Of a stretch of 64,000 nt of DNA, positions 1-9,239 are shown piece by piece. Source of the stretch: an uncultured Solirubrobacterales bacterium (GTDB taxonomy: Bacteria > Actinomycetota > Thermoleophilia > Solirubrobacterales > Solirubrobacteraceae); the NCBI GenBank assembly GCA_963794825.1, contig CAWCFB010000001.1, positions 737,528 to 801,527 on the forward strand, given 5' to 3'. Below the pieces are notes generated by a model. That model did no database searches. It had not been told where the DNA came from and saw nothing but the letters and a program-made list of their open reading frames with translations. The translations under genes and the position numbers were made by a program. The stretch's first letter is position 1. Each line of letters begins with the position of its first letter.

Positions 1-446
1 TCGTGAGCACGCTGGCCGGCAACAACCGGCTCGGGTGGATCCCGCGGTCGGCGGCGAGGCTCAGCCGGGTGACCTACGAGATCAAGGTCTCACTGTCGGC
101 GCGTCGGCTGACCGTGCTCGACTCAGGGCGCCCGGTCAAGCACTACACGGTCGCGGTCGGCCGCCCGAGCGCACCGACGCCTACCGGGAGGTTCGCGGTC
201 ACCGACAGGCTCGCCACGGGCGACCCCACCGGACCGTATGGATGCTGCATCCTGGCGCTGTCGGCGGTCTCCCCGCACGCCATCCAGGGCTGGACGGGCG
301 GCAACCGGATAGCGATCCACTCCACGCCGGATACCTCCTCGATCGGACTCCCGGTCAGCCACGGGTGCATGCGGCTCACACTCCCCGAAGGTCGCTGGCT
401 GCTGTACCACATCCCGCTAGGCACGCCGACCGTCATAACCGGTTAG
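1..446 (+). CDS. L,D-transpeptidase (YkuD family), 5'-truncated by window edge
   Basis: VAVG...TPTG segment and catalytic motif IAIHST...SHGCMRL...GTPT. Confidence 0.9.
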   Translation, partial: VSTLAGNNRLGWIPRSAARLSRVTYEIKVSLSARRLTVLDSGRPVKHYTVAVGRPSAPTPTGRFAVTDRLATGDPTGPYGCCILALSAVSPHAIQGWTGGNRIAIHSTPDTSSIGLPVSHGCMRLTLPEGRWLLYHIPLGTPTVITG

Positions 447-456
447 CCTTCGCCGC

Positions 457-518
457 GGCGATGGGGTTCGCCGCGGCGCGAGTCGCCGGAACCGCCTACC
501 ACGGCTGATGGCTCCTAC
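457..518 (+). ncRNA. Fluoride riboswitch (crcB motif)
   Basis: GGCGATGGGGTTCGCC ... AACCGC ... GCTGATGGCTCCTAC matches the crcB aptamer consensus; directly upstream of crcB; -10-like TAGCCT at 444-449. Confidence 0.92.
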
Positions 519-537
519 GGACGTTTAGGAGCTAAAT

Positions 538-936
538 GTGTTTCGTGCGGATCAGCGTGAACTGCTAGCGATCTTCGCCGGGGGGGCGATTGGGGGGGGC
601 GTCCGGACGTGGCTGTCGAATGCGGCTCCGGTCCACCCGGGCCAGTGGCCCTGGGTGACATTCGGGGTGAACGTCGTGGGGTGCCTGCTGCTCGGCTACC
701 TCGTCACGCGGCTCGCCGAACGGCTGCCGATCACGGCGTACCGACGGCCGCTCCTGGGCACGGGCCTGTGCGGCGGGCTGACCACGTTCTCGACGTTCCA
801 GCTCGAGCTGGTGCGGATGCTCGATCGCGGCGACATCGGGCTGGCGGTGGCTTACGGCGGAGCCAGCGCTGTCGCCGGCTTTGCCGGAGTCTGGCTCGGG
901 ACTGCGGCGGTCAGGAGGGCGAGGCTTACGTGGTGA
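538..936 (+). CDS. crcB: Fluoride efflux channel Fluc/CrcB, subunit 1
   Basis: GGAIGG..R, PWVTFGVNVVGC, GLCGGLTTFSTF motifs; SD TAGGAG upstream. Confidence 0.95.
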   Translation: MFRADQRELLAIFAGGAIGGGVRTWLSNAAPVHPGQWPWVTFGVNVVGCLLLGYLVTRLAERLPITAYRRPLLGTGLCGGLTTFSTFQLELVRMLDRGDIGLAVAYGGASAVAGFAGVWLGTAAVRRARLTW

Positions 937-1289
937 CGGTCGTGCTGGTCGTGGCCTGCGCGGGGTTCGGAGCCATCGCTCGGTTCGTCGTCGACGGGGT
1001 CGTGCAGTCACGGCGGCTCGGCGAGTTCCCGCTCGGCACGTTCGTCGTCAACGTGACCGGTTCGCTCCTGCTCGGCCTGCTCACAGGCTTGGGCCTGGCT
1101 CACGACTCGTCGCTTGTGCTGGGCACGGCCGCCATCGGCTCCTACACGACGTTCTCGACCTGGATGCTTGAGAGTCACCGTCCCGCGCAGGACGGCGAGG
1201 GCCGATTGGCGTTGGTGAACGTGTCCGTGAGCTTCATCGTGGGCCTGGGAGCCATCGCGTTCGGACGTGCCGTCGGAGGTTGGCTGTGA
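933..1289 (+). CDS. crcB: Fluoride efflux channel Fluc/CrcB, subunit 2
   Basis: FPLGTFVVNVTGS and GSYTTFSTW motifs; GTG start (930 or 933) overlaps the previous stop. Confidence 0.93.
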   Translation: MTVVLVVACAGFGAIARFVVDGVVQSRRLGEFPLGTFVVNVTGSLLLGLLTGLGLAHDSSLVLGTAAIGSYTTFSTWMLESHRPAQDGEGRLALVNVSVSFIVGLGAIAFGRAVGGWL

Positions 1290-2332
1290 GCGAGGCCGGG
1301 ATCAAGCTCACGTCGTACTTCTCCGAGCGCGACCGCAGCGGCGAGCGGTTCCAGGCCGACGCGCTGTTCGATGTATATGAGCGCCATCGGCTGCGGACGA
1401 GCGTGCTGCTCCGAGGCGTCGGCGGGTTCGGCGAGCGCCATCGGCTGCAGACCGACAGCCTGCTCACGCTGTCCGAGGACCTGCCGGCCGTGTCCGTCGC
1501 GGTCGACACGGCCGAACGGATCGAAAGGGCGCTGTCCGACGTGCTGGCGGTGACCCGCCACGGACTGGTGAGCCTCGAACGGGCGCAGCTGTGGACCGGC
1601 GGGGTCCCCGCCCCCGAGCATGCGGATGCGCTGAAGGTGACCCTCTACGGAGGCCGCGGCGTCCGCTCGGCCGGTTCGGCCGGATACGTCGCCGCGGTGC
1701 AGGTCCTCCGGGAAGCCGGAGTGGCCGGAGCCTCGGTGCTGCTCGCGGTCGACGGGACGCTGCACGGGGAACGGCGGCGGGCCCGCTTCTTGGCGCGCAA
1801 CGCTCCGGTGCCGCTGATGTTGATCGCGGTCGGAAGCGCCGGGGCCTTCGCCAAGGCCCTGCCGGCCGTGGCCGGGCTCGTGGCCGATCCGGTGGTGACC
1901 GTCGAGCGGGTCCAGCTGTGCAAGCTCGCGGGCGAGACTCGTTCGGCGCCGTCTGCCATCGCCGCGCACGACGACTCAGGTCTGCCCGTGTGGCAGAAGC
2001 TGATGGTCCACGCCTCCGAACTCGCCCGCCTCGACGGCCATCCGCTGCACCGCGCGCTCGTCGCGCGGCTGTGGCGGGCCGGTGCGAGCGGTGTCACGGT
2101 GCTACGCGGCGTCCGTGGCTTTTATGCCGGCGGTCAGGTGCTGTCCGACCGAGTGGTGTCGTTGCGGCGCGACGTGCCGGTGCACGTCATCCTGGTCGAG
2201 CGCCCGGAGCGCGTCCAGGAGCTCTGGCCGCTGATCGACGAACTGACGGCGGGGGCGGGGATGGTCACGAGCGAGCTCGTTCCGGCCGCCGGTCAGCGAC
2301 TGTGGAAGAACCCGCCCTTGCAGGCCCGGTAG
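1286..2332 (+). CDS. DUF190 (PII-like) protein with three tandem repeats
   Basis: Repeated units SVLLRGVGGFG / GASVLLAVDG / GVTVLRGVRGF; GTGA overlap with crcB2; usual crcB neighbour. Confidence 0.85.
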   Translation: MSEAGIKLTSYFSERDRSGERFQADALFDVYERHRLRTSVLLRGVGGFGERHRLQTDSLLTLSEDLPAVSVAVDTAERIERALSDVLAVTRHGLVSLERAQLWTGGVPAPEHADALKVTLYGGRGVRSAGSAGYVAAVQVLREAGVAGASVLLAVDGTLHGERRRARFLARNAPVPLMLIAVGSAGAFAKALPAVAGLVADPVVTVERVQLCKLAGETRSAPSAIAAHDDSGLPVWQKLMVHASELARLDGHPLHRALVARLWRAGASGVTVLRGVRGFYAGGQVLSDRVVSLRRDVPVHVILVERPERVQELWPLIDELTAGAGMVTSELVPAAGQRLWKNPPLQAR

Positions 2333-2580
2333 GCCTCGATCGCGTTCAGCCCTGCGATCACCGGATGATGGTGGCGGAGGTCTACGAGCACCCGGTGACC
2401 GTGGTAGAGGCAGAACAGCTTGTTTGCGTTGCGCTTCCCGAGCACGTGGTTCAGCGCGTGGTGGGCGAGGACGCCGCCGATCAGGTGACCCGTGGAGCCG
2501 CAACCGGCGGCCCCCAGCGCGGTGCCGCCGATGCTCAGCACGGCAAGCATGATCGCGATCGTGCGCCTGATCGACCTCAT
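2293..2580 (-). CDS. Small His-rich putative lipoprotein
   Basis: Basic N-terminus, hydrophobic stretch, AAG-C lipobox-like site; 95 aa. Confidence 0.6.
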   Translation of the reverse strand: MRSIRRTIAIMLAVLSIGGTALGAAGCGSTGHLIGGVLAHHALNHVLGKRNANKLFCLYHGHRVLVDLRHHHPVIAGLNAIEAYRACKGGFFHSR

Positions 2581-2597
2581 CCGGCGCTGAGCTTAGC

Positions 2598-4581
2598 TCA
2601 CTCGGCCGCGCCGTCCGGACGCTGTACGCGGTTCCACTCGACCCACCCGCTGCCCCCGCGGCCGTCGCCTGCCGCGATCTCGCACATCGCGCGGGGGAAG
2701 AGCGAGACACGGCCGTCGGGCGCCTCGAGTCGCAGCGCTCCGAAGGCCAGCGGGGTGACCGTAAGGGCAAGCTCCGGAGGGCCGAGCTCGATCGCCGCTT
2801 GCTCGATCAACCCGTTGTCGCCGATCGTCTCGGTCGCGGTGACCGATTCGATCTCGGTTAGTTCCGCCTCGCGTTGGTTGTAGCCAACGCCGTATCCGGG
2901 CATCTGCGGCACGCCAACCGCGTGGAGGTGGGTCCCGTCGCTCAGATGGAGCCCGCTCCACATCCAGTCGACCGCCCACCAGTCGCGCGACCCCCACGAG
3001 TGGTCGCGCTGCCCCGGCCCGCTGAAATCGACCGTGTCATCCCCGACCCGTACCCTCCCTGACACGCGGCACGGGATCTCGTAGCGCGTCGACTGGCGCC
3101 AGGCGTACGGGATCCCGTCCGTGCTCCAGGTCAGGTCGAGCTCGATCTCGACCGGCTCCCCCGGCTCATTGCGGAGTGGGGCGGAATGGTCCTCGTGAGC
3201 CTGAGCGGTCCCCTGGAGCGTGACCGTGAACCGCTCGAGGGGCATCTCGCAGTGCTGCTCGGCCTGCAGCGTGGCCGTTTGGATCCGCTGCGCGTCGTCG
3301 TCCGCGGCGGGCAGGGGCGCATCCGGGTCGACGAGCATCACCGAGGCGCGGCCCGGCCCGCAGACGCACGCCGTGTACAGCGAGACGTCCTGATTGGGCA
3401 ATCGGCCGAGCCGAACGTACACGCCGAGCGTTTGGTCGTCGCTGACCGCGTCGAAGTACCAGCTCTCGTTCCACAGCGGTTCGGGACCGGGCTCGTGGCA
3501 CCCCTCGTCCGCGGGGTCTGGCTTCAGCGGCGCCGGCTTGCCGACGCCGGGGGCGGGGAGGAGGTCGACCGAGTCGAGATCGATGGCCTGCTGCGCCGAG
3601 CGCTCGACCGAAGCCATGAACATGTCGTCGCCGCGGTCGGTTCGCTGGACGATCATCGACGCGCAGATGGCCATCACCAGGTTGTGGAAGACCTGACGGC
3701 GGTACTCCTCCCAGCAGGTGTCCCAGCCGAACGACGTCACGCCGTTTGCCCTGAGCTCGTCGTAGTAGGTCCGCAGCAGGTCTTGCTCGTGCGCGCGACG
3801 GTCCTCGACAGTCAGGCCGTTGCCGAGAAAGTAGGAGGCGTCGAGCAGAGCCGGGCCCCAGCCGACCGTCTGCCAGTCGACGACATGGCAGGCGTCCGTC
3901 TCCGAACAGCAGATTGTCGAGCCGATAGTCGCCGTGGCTGAGACCGAGCGGCGGCCGGCGATCCTCATACCACCCGTCGACGCTGGGGATCAGCCGTTCG
4001 CAGACCTTGATGTGCTCGGGGTCCAGCCGCTCACCGTAGCGCTCCAGGAAGCCCCCGAAGACCGCCCTCAACAGCGCCTCGTTCAGCGGATTGGGCTGGT
4101 TCAGCCACGGCGCCGAGCCGACCGCGAGATCGCCGAGCACCGGAGCGTGCACCTGGGCGAGCGCTCGCATCGCGGTGTGGGCTTGCCCTGGCGAGCAACC
4201 CTTGATCTGGTCGCCCTGGACCGCTGGCGACACGTCGTCTAGAACGAGCGTGAACCACCCTTCGGCGTCGTCGTAGAGCGCGAGGTGGCAGGCCGGGATC
4301 GGGCCGCCGATCCGCGGCGCGAGCTGCTGGTAGAAGGTGATCTCTCGCAGGTAGGCGCCAAGCCCCACGCCGGTGGCGCGGCTGGTGGCGTCGTCGGAGG
4401 CGAGCTTGACCACGACTGTGCGCTCGGCGCCGTCCTCCCCGCGGAACGCGACGCGGTGGTTCTGGCTCATCTGCCCGGTCCCGATCCGCTCGACCGATGT
4501 GATCTCGAGCGCCCCATCGCCAAGGGCAGCCGACAGCCAGGCGGCCGTGATCTCGTCGGGTGTGCGGACGAGAGTGCTCAT
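2598..4581 (-). CDS. APH/choline-kinase-like phosphotransferase fused to a C-terminal beta-rich domain (WNESWYF, RDHSWG); frameshift near 3897
   Basis: IGTGQMS, VVVKL, HGDYRLDN in one frame continue as VVDWQT in the next frame; removing one base joins them. Confidence 0.85.
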
Positions 4582-4589
4582 CCCTCAGG

Positions 4590-4662
<73 letters not shown>

Positions 4663-4715
4663 GATGCGTGGAGACAGATTACCTGGGTGTTCGACCTGCG
4701 ACAGACTCCCGTTGG

Positions 4716-5556
4716 ATGGCCATACGGATCCCGCCTGCGCTGGCGAGGCGGCGGTCGACGAGGACGAGCTTCCCGGACGCCGCGCATGGCTTGCCGCGCT
4801 GCCCGGCGTGGTCGAGGAGATTGCGCGCGAGTGGGGGGTGAGGGTCGGTGACCCGTACGAGCCAGGTGGGGTCTGCGCCTGGGTCGCCCCGGCCGACGAC
4901 GATCTCGTGCTGAAGGTTTCCTGGCGGCACACCGAGGCCGAGCATGAGGCGGACGCGCTGCGGTTCTGGGACGGGGACGGCGCGGTCCGCTGCTTCGCGG
5001 CGCGGTCGGTTGACCCCGATACCAGCGCGCTGCTGCTCGAACGGTGTGTTCCCGGCGTTCAGCTCCACACGCTGCCCGAGCCCGAGCAGGATCTGGTGAT
5101 CGCGGAACTCGCCCGCCGACTGCACCGGCGCCGGCCGGCCGATCCCCACCCCTTCCGCACGCTGACCGAGATGTGCGACGTCTGGGCCGACTCACTCCCC
5201 GACCATGGGCTGGCGGGCGCGGGGGCGAAGCTGCTCCGTGAGCTGCCCCGGACCGCGGACTCCGAGGGCTGTTGTGCACGGACCTCCACGCGGGCAACGT
5301 GCTCGCCGCCGAGCGCGAGCCGTGGCTGGTGATCGATCCCAAGCCGTTCCTCGGCGACCCGGCCTTCGACGTGGTCCAGCACATGCTCAACTGTGACGAG
5401 CGCCTGGCCATTGACCCGCTCGGGCTGGTGACCCGGATGGCGGCGCTGCTCGACGTCGACCCCGAGCGCGTGCGGCTGTGGCTGTTTGCCCGCTGCGCAC
5501 AGGAGTCCGTCACCGATCCGGCGATGCTCGAGCTGGCCGAACGCATCGCGCGCTAA
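4716..5556 (+). CDS. APH(6)/hydroxyurea-resistance-kinase-family phosphotransferase; frameshifts near 4744 and 5268
   Basis: MAIRIPPALA + AWLAALP...VLKV...EADALRFWDG...LLLER, then TDLHAGNVL...IDPKP in the next frame. Confidence 0.82.
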
Positions 5557-5573
5557 GCGACCGCGTCAAGCAT

Positions 5574-5608
5574 GCACACTTCCAGCGACCCCTCCGCTGG
5601 AAGTGCGC
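5574..5608. terminator. Hairpin between convergent genes (bidirectional terminator or REP-like)
   Basis: GCACACTTCCAGCG-N7-CGCTGGAAGTGCGC, 13 of 14 bp paired. Confidence 0.65.
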
Positions 5609-6085
5609 TCAGCCGAGCGGGAGCGAGAACTCGAGCTCGTCGTGGACGGGAATTCCGTGGTCGCCAACGACCGGGATCGAAGGCTTCAACCGGCGCGCGT
5701 CGTCGACGGCGCCGGCGTGCACGGCAACCAGCCGGAAACCGCGGCGCTGGTAGAAGCGGATCGCGTCGAGGTTGTCGTTGGAGGTGATCAGCCACACCCG
5801 CCGGCACGCGCGCGCGCGAGCCTCGCTCACCACCCGCTCGAGCAGGGCGGAGCCGATACCCCGCCACTGGACCAGCGCATCTAGCGTCACCACCTCACAC
5901 GATCCGTCCGCCACCCGGTACGTCGCCAAGCCAACCACCGCTCCGCCCTCCCAAGCCAGGAACGCCGGCAGCTGCAATGCGTCCATCGACAGCCCGTGGC
6001 TGACCACCACGGTCGACCCCCACGAACCCACCAGCGTCCGTTCGATCCACGCACGATCATCAGGACCCGCCGAACGTATCTCCAC
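5609..6085 (-). CDS. GNAT acetyltransferase
   Basis: QWRGIGSALL motif A; NLDAIRFYQRRGF. Confidence 0.9.
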   Translation of the reverse strand: MEIRSAGPDDRAWIERTLVGSWGSTVVVSHGLSMDALQLPAFLAWEGGAVVGLATYRVADGSCEVVTLDALVQWRGIGSALLERVVSEARARACRRVWLITSNDNLDAIRFYQRRGFRLVAVHAGAVDDARRLKPSIPVVGDHGIPVHDELEFSLPLG

Positions 6086-6121
6086 GCCCGCGAACTATCC
6101 ACCACTGGCACACTGGACCAA

Positions 6122-7162
6122 ATGGATTTCTCCGTGTTCTTCGCCGGCACCGCCGGCTCGGTGCCGACGGCCCGTCGCGGGCTGCCGGCGCTGCTCGTGC
6201 GCCGCGGCGCTGACCGGATCCTGTTCGACTGCGGCGAGGGGACGCAGCGCCAGCTGGTCTCCTCGGTCGGGTTGATCGATCTGACCGAAGTGTTCATCAC
6301 GCATTTCCACGCCGACCACTGGCTCGGGCTGCCCGGCCTGCTCAAGACGTTCGACCTGCGCGGGCGCGACAAGCCTCTGACCGTGCATGGCCCGCGCGGG
6401 GTGCGCGAGTTCCTGACGCTCGGGCAGCGGGCCGCGGGCCGCGTCCGCTTCGAGCTGACGCTCTCCGAGCTCGAGCCCGGCCAGGTGCTCGAACGCGATG
6501 GTTACAGGATCGCCGCGGTGCCGGTCCAGCACCGCAGCCCAGCGTTCGGGTACGTCCTGTTCGAGCCCGAACGGCCCGGAACCTTCGACCCTGCCGCCGC
6601 GCAGGCGCTCGGGCTCACGCCAGGGCCCGAGTTCGGGCGCGTCCAGCGGGGCGAGACCGTCAACGGCGTTACGCCGGCGCAGGTCCTTGGCCCCGCGCGC
6701 CCGGGACGCAAGCTCGTGCTGTCCGGCGACACAGGGCCGTGCGAGGCGCTCAGAATCGCCGCGCACCAGGCAGACGTGCTGGTCCACGAGTCGACGTTCG
6801 CCCAGGACGAACGTGAGCGCGCTGCCGAGACCGGCCACTCGACCGCCGAGCAGGCGGCGGCGGTCGCCCGCGACGCAGACGTGCGACTGCTCGCGCTGAC
6901 CCACGTCTCGACCCGCTATCCGGTCGGGGTGCTCCGCGACGAAGCGCGCGCCGTGTTCGCCCGCACGGAGCTGCCGCGAGACTTCGACACGGTCGAGATC
7001 CCGTTCGCCGAACGCGGTGAGCCGGAGCTCGTCCGATGGCAGCCGGACCGCCCGACGACGGGCGCCGATCGCTCCGCGCCGGCAGACGTCGACCGCACCG
7101 CGCCGGTCGAGGAGGACGGTGTCGCGCCGGTGGAGGCGAGCGGGACGGCGAGGGGGGCGTGA
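6122..7162 (+). CDS. rnz: Ribonuclease Z
   Basis: GTAGSVPT, FDCGEGTQRQ, HFHADH, SGDT, HESTF, GHST, LTHVSTRY. Confidence 0.95.
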   Translation: MDFSVFFAGTAGSVPTARRGLPALLVRRGADRILFDCGEGTQRQLVSSVGLIDLTEVFITHFHADHWLGLPGLLKTFDLRGRDKPLTVHGPRGVREFLTLGQRAAGRVRFELTLSELEPGQVLERDGYRIAAVPVQHRSPAFGYVLFEPERPGTFDPAAAQALGLTPGPEFGRVQRGETVNGVTPAQVLGPARPGRKLVLSGDTGPCEALRIAAHQADVLVHESTFAQDERERAAETGHSTAEQAAAVARDADVRLLALTHVSTRYPVGVLRDEARAVFARTELPRDFDTVEIPFAERGEPELVRWQPDRPTTGADRSAPADVDRTAPVEEDGVAPVEASGTARGA

Positions 7163-7689
7163 GCGCGACCGCGAATGTCGAACGGATCGAGACGGTACGG
7201 CTGGTGTGCGTCCGCCCGACCGCGGACACCGACCCACTGATCGTTCGACACCTCCGCGATCCGCGAATCGCCCGGACGATGTCGCCAACGGGCGAGCCGC
7301 TGAGCGAGCTGGAGCTGGCCGCGGCCCTGCTGGTCAAACATGCACACTGGCGGCGCCATGGGTTCGGGCTGTGGGCGCTGCTCGATCGGGCCACCGGCGC
7401 GTTCCTCGGGCGCGGCGGCCTGCAACACACGAGCGTCACGGGACGGGACGAGATCGAGGTGGGGTGGTCGATCGTTCCCGAGCGATGGGGGGAAGGACTT
7501 GCCACCGAGCTGGCCCACACGTCGGTCAAGGCTGCCTTCCAGACGCTGGGCCTCGACGAACTGATCGCCTATACACGGGGCGACAACCTGGCTTCGCGCC
7601 GGGTGATGGAGAAGTCAGGATTCCGCTACGAGCGGGAACTTGAACACGCCGGCGGTCCGCACGTGTTGTACCGCCTCGCCCGCTGCTAG
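7159..7689 (+). CDS. RimJ/RimL-type GNAT acetyltransferase
   Basis: IETVRL, HGFGLW, WGEGLATE, NLASRRVMEKSG. Confidence 0.88.
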   Translation: MSATANVERIETVRLVCVRPTADTDPLIVRHLRDPRIARTMSPTGEPLSELELAAALLVKHAHWRRHGFGLWALLDRATGAFLGRGGLQHTSVTGRDEIEVGWSIVPERWGEGLATELAHTSVKAAFQTLGLDELIAYTRGDNLASRRVMEKSGFRYERELEHAGGPHVLYRLARC

Positions 7690-7706
7690 GCTGCGGCACG
7701 CAGTCA

Positions 7707-7737
7707 CCTTTAACCCGGTCCCGTGAGGCCAGGAAGG
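7707..7737 (+). promoter_or_regulatory. PyrR binding loop overlapping the pyrR Shine-Dalgarno
   Basis: CCTTTAA-CCC-GGTCCCGTGAGGCC-AGG-AAGG fits the PyrR site pattern (CUUUAA...RUCCNGNGAGGY); its 3' arm contains SD AAGGAG. Confidence 0.85.
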
Positions 7738-7743
7738 AGCACA

Positions 7744-8325
7744 GTGCCAGACTCGACGGTCGTCCTCGACCGCGACGATATTCGCCGCACGCTGGTGCGC
7801 ATCGCTCACGAGATCGTCGAGAAGAACCCGCCCAATGGGTCCGCCGACGCGCCCGATCGCGGCGTGGCACTAGTCGGCATCCACCGCCGCGGCGCGATCC
7901 TCGCCCAGCGGTTGCACGTGCTCACCAGCGAGCTGCTCGACACCAGCGTCCCCCTCGGGGACGTTGACATCTCCTTCTACCGCGACGACCTGGCGATCCG
8001 AAAGAGCACGCCGGTCGTGCTCTCCTCGCATCTCGACTTCCGGATCGACGGCCGCACGATCGTGATCGTCGACGACGTGCTGTACACGGGCCGCACCGTT
8101 CGCGCCGCGATCGACGCCGTGTTCGACTACGGGCGGCCGGCGAAGGTCCAGCTCGCCGTGCTCGTCGACCGCGGCCACCGCGAGCTCCCGATCCGCCCCG
8201 ACTACATCGGCAAGAACCTTCCCACCTCGCAACAGCAGCGCGTATACGTGCACGTGGAGGACCTCGACGGCCGCGACGAGGTAACGATCGAACCGGCGAC
8301 GACGGCAAGGCGGCAGGCCGCATGA
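7744..8325 (+). CDS. pyrR: Pyrimidine operon regulator / uracil phosphoribosyltransferase
   Basis: RIAHEIVE, DISFYRDD, VDDVLYTGRT, VDRGHRELPIRPDYIGKN. Confidence 0.97.
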   Translation: MPDSTVVLDRDDIRRTLVRIAHEIVEKNPPNGSADAPDRGVALVGIHRRGAILAQRLHVLTSELLDTSVPLGDVDISFYRDDLAIRKSTPVVLSSHLDFRIDGRTIVIVDDVLYTGRTVRAAIDAVFDYGRPAKVQLAVLVDRGHRELPIRPDYIGKNLPTSQQQRVYVHVEDLDGRDEVTIEPATTARRQAA

Positions 8326-9239
8326 AACATCTGATCAGCATCGACGAGCTCGACCGCGCCGCGATCGAGCGGATCCTCGACCGCGCGGAATCGTTCGCCG
8401 AGGTCTCCGGACGCCAGATCAAGAAGGTCCCCGCGCTCCGCGGCCGGACCGTCGTCAACCTGTTCTACGAGGCCAGCACGCGGACGAGCTCGAGCTTCGA
8501 GCTCGCGGCCAAGCGCCTGTCCGCGGACGTCGTCAGCGTCCGCAGCGCCGGCTCGTCGGTCGACAAGGGGGAGTCGCTCAAGGACACCGTGCAGACGCTG
8601 AGCGCGTACGACCCAGCGGCGATCGTGATCCGCTCGCCGCACGTGGGCGCGGCGCAGATGGTCGCCGCCTGGACGCCGGCCTCGGTGATCAACGCCGGCG
8701 ACGGCAAGCACGAGCACCCGACCCAGGCGCTGCTCGACGTGTTCACGCTGCGCCGCCGCCTCGGCGAGCTCGACGGCAAGCGAATCTGGATCATCGGCGA
8801 CGTGATGCACTCGCGCGTCGCCCGGTCGAACATCCTCGCGTTCACGCGGATGGGCGCAGAGGTGACCGTTTGTGGGCCGCCGACACTGATTCCCCGCGAT
8901 ATCGAGGCACTCGGCTGCACGGCGGCGACGACGATCGCCGACCTGGCGGAGGCCGACGTCGTGTACGTGCTGCGGATGCAGCTCGAGCGGATGCGCGAGT
9001 CCTACGTCCCCTCGCTCCGTGAGTACGCAGCGCGCTACCAGGTGACCGCGGGCCGCCTGAACCCGAACCAGCTGCTCATGCATCCCGGCCCCGTCAACCG
9101 CGGCGTCGAGCTGTCCGCGGACGCCATCGACTCGCCTCAGGCGCTGATCGGCGAGCAGGTCAAGGCCGGCGTCGCCGTACGGATGGCAGTCCTCTACGAG
9201 CTGCTGGTCGGCTCGCCGATCCTCCAGGTGGCCGCATGA
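8322..9239 (+). CDS. pyrB: Aspartate carbamoyltransferase
   Basis: FYEASTRTSSSFE, NAGDGKHEHPTQALLD, MHPGPVNRG. Confidence 0.97.
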   Translation: MKHLISIDELDRAAIERILDRAESFAEVSGRQIKKVPALRGRTVVNLFYEASTRTSSSFELAAKRLSADVVSVRSAGSSVDKGESLKDTVQTLSAYDPAAIVIRSPHVGAAQMVAAWTPASVINAGDGKHEHPTQALLDVFTLRRRLGELDGKRIWIIGDVMHSRVARSNILAFTRMGAEVTVCGPPTLIPRDIEALGCTAATTIADLAEADVVYVLRMQLERMRESYVPSLREYAARYQVTAGRLNPNQLLMHPGPVNRGVELSADAIDSPQALIGEQVKAGVAVRMAVLYELLVGSPILQVAA

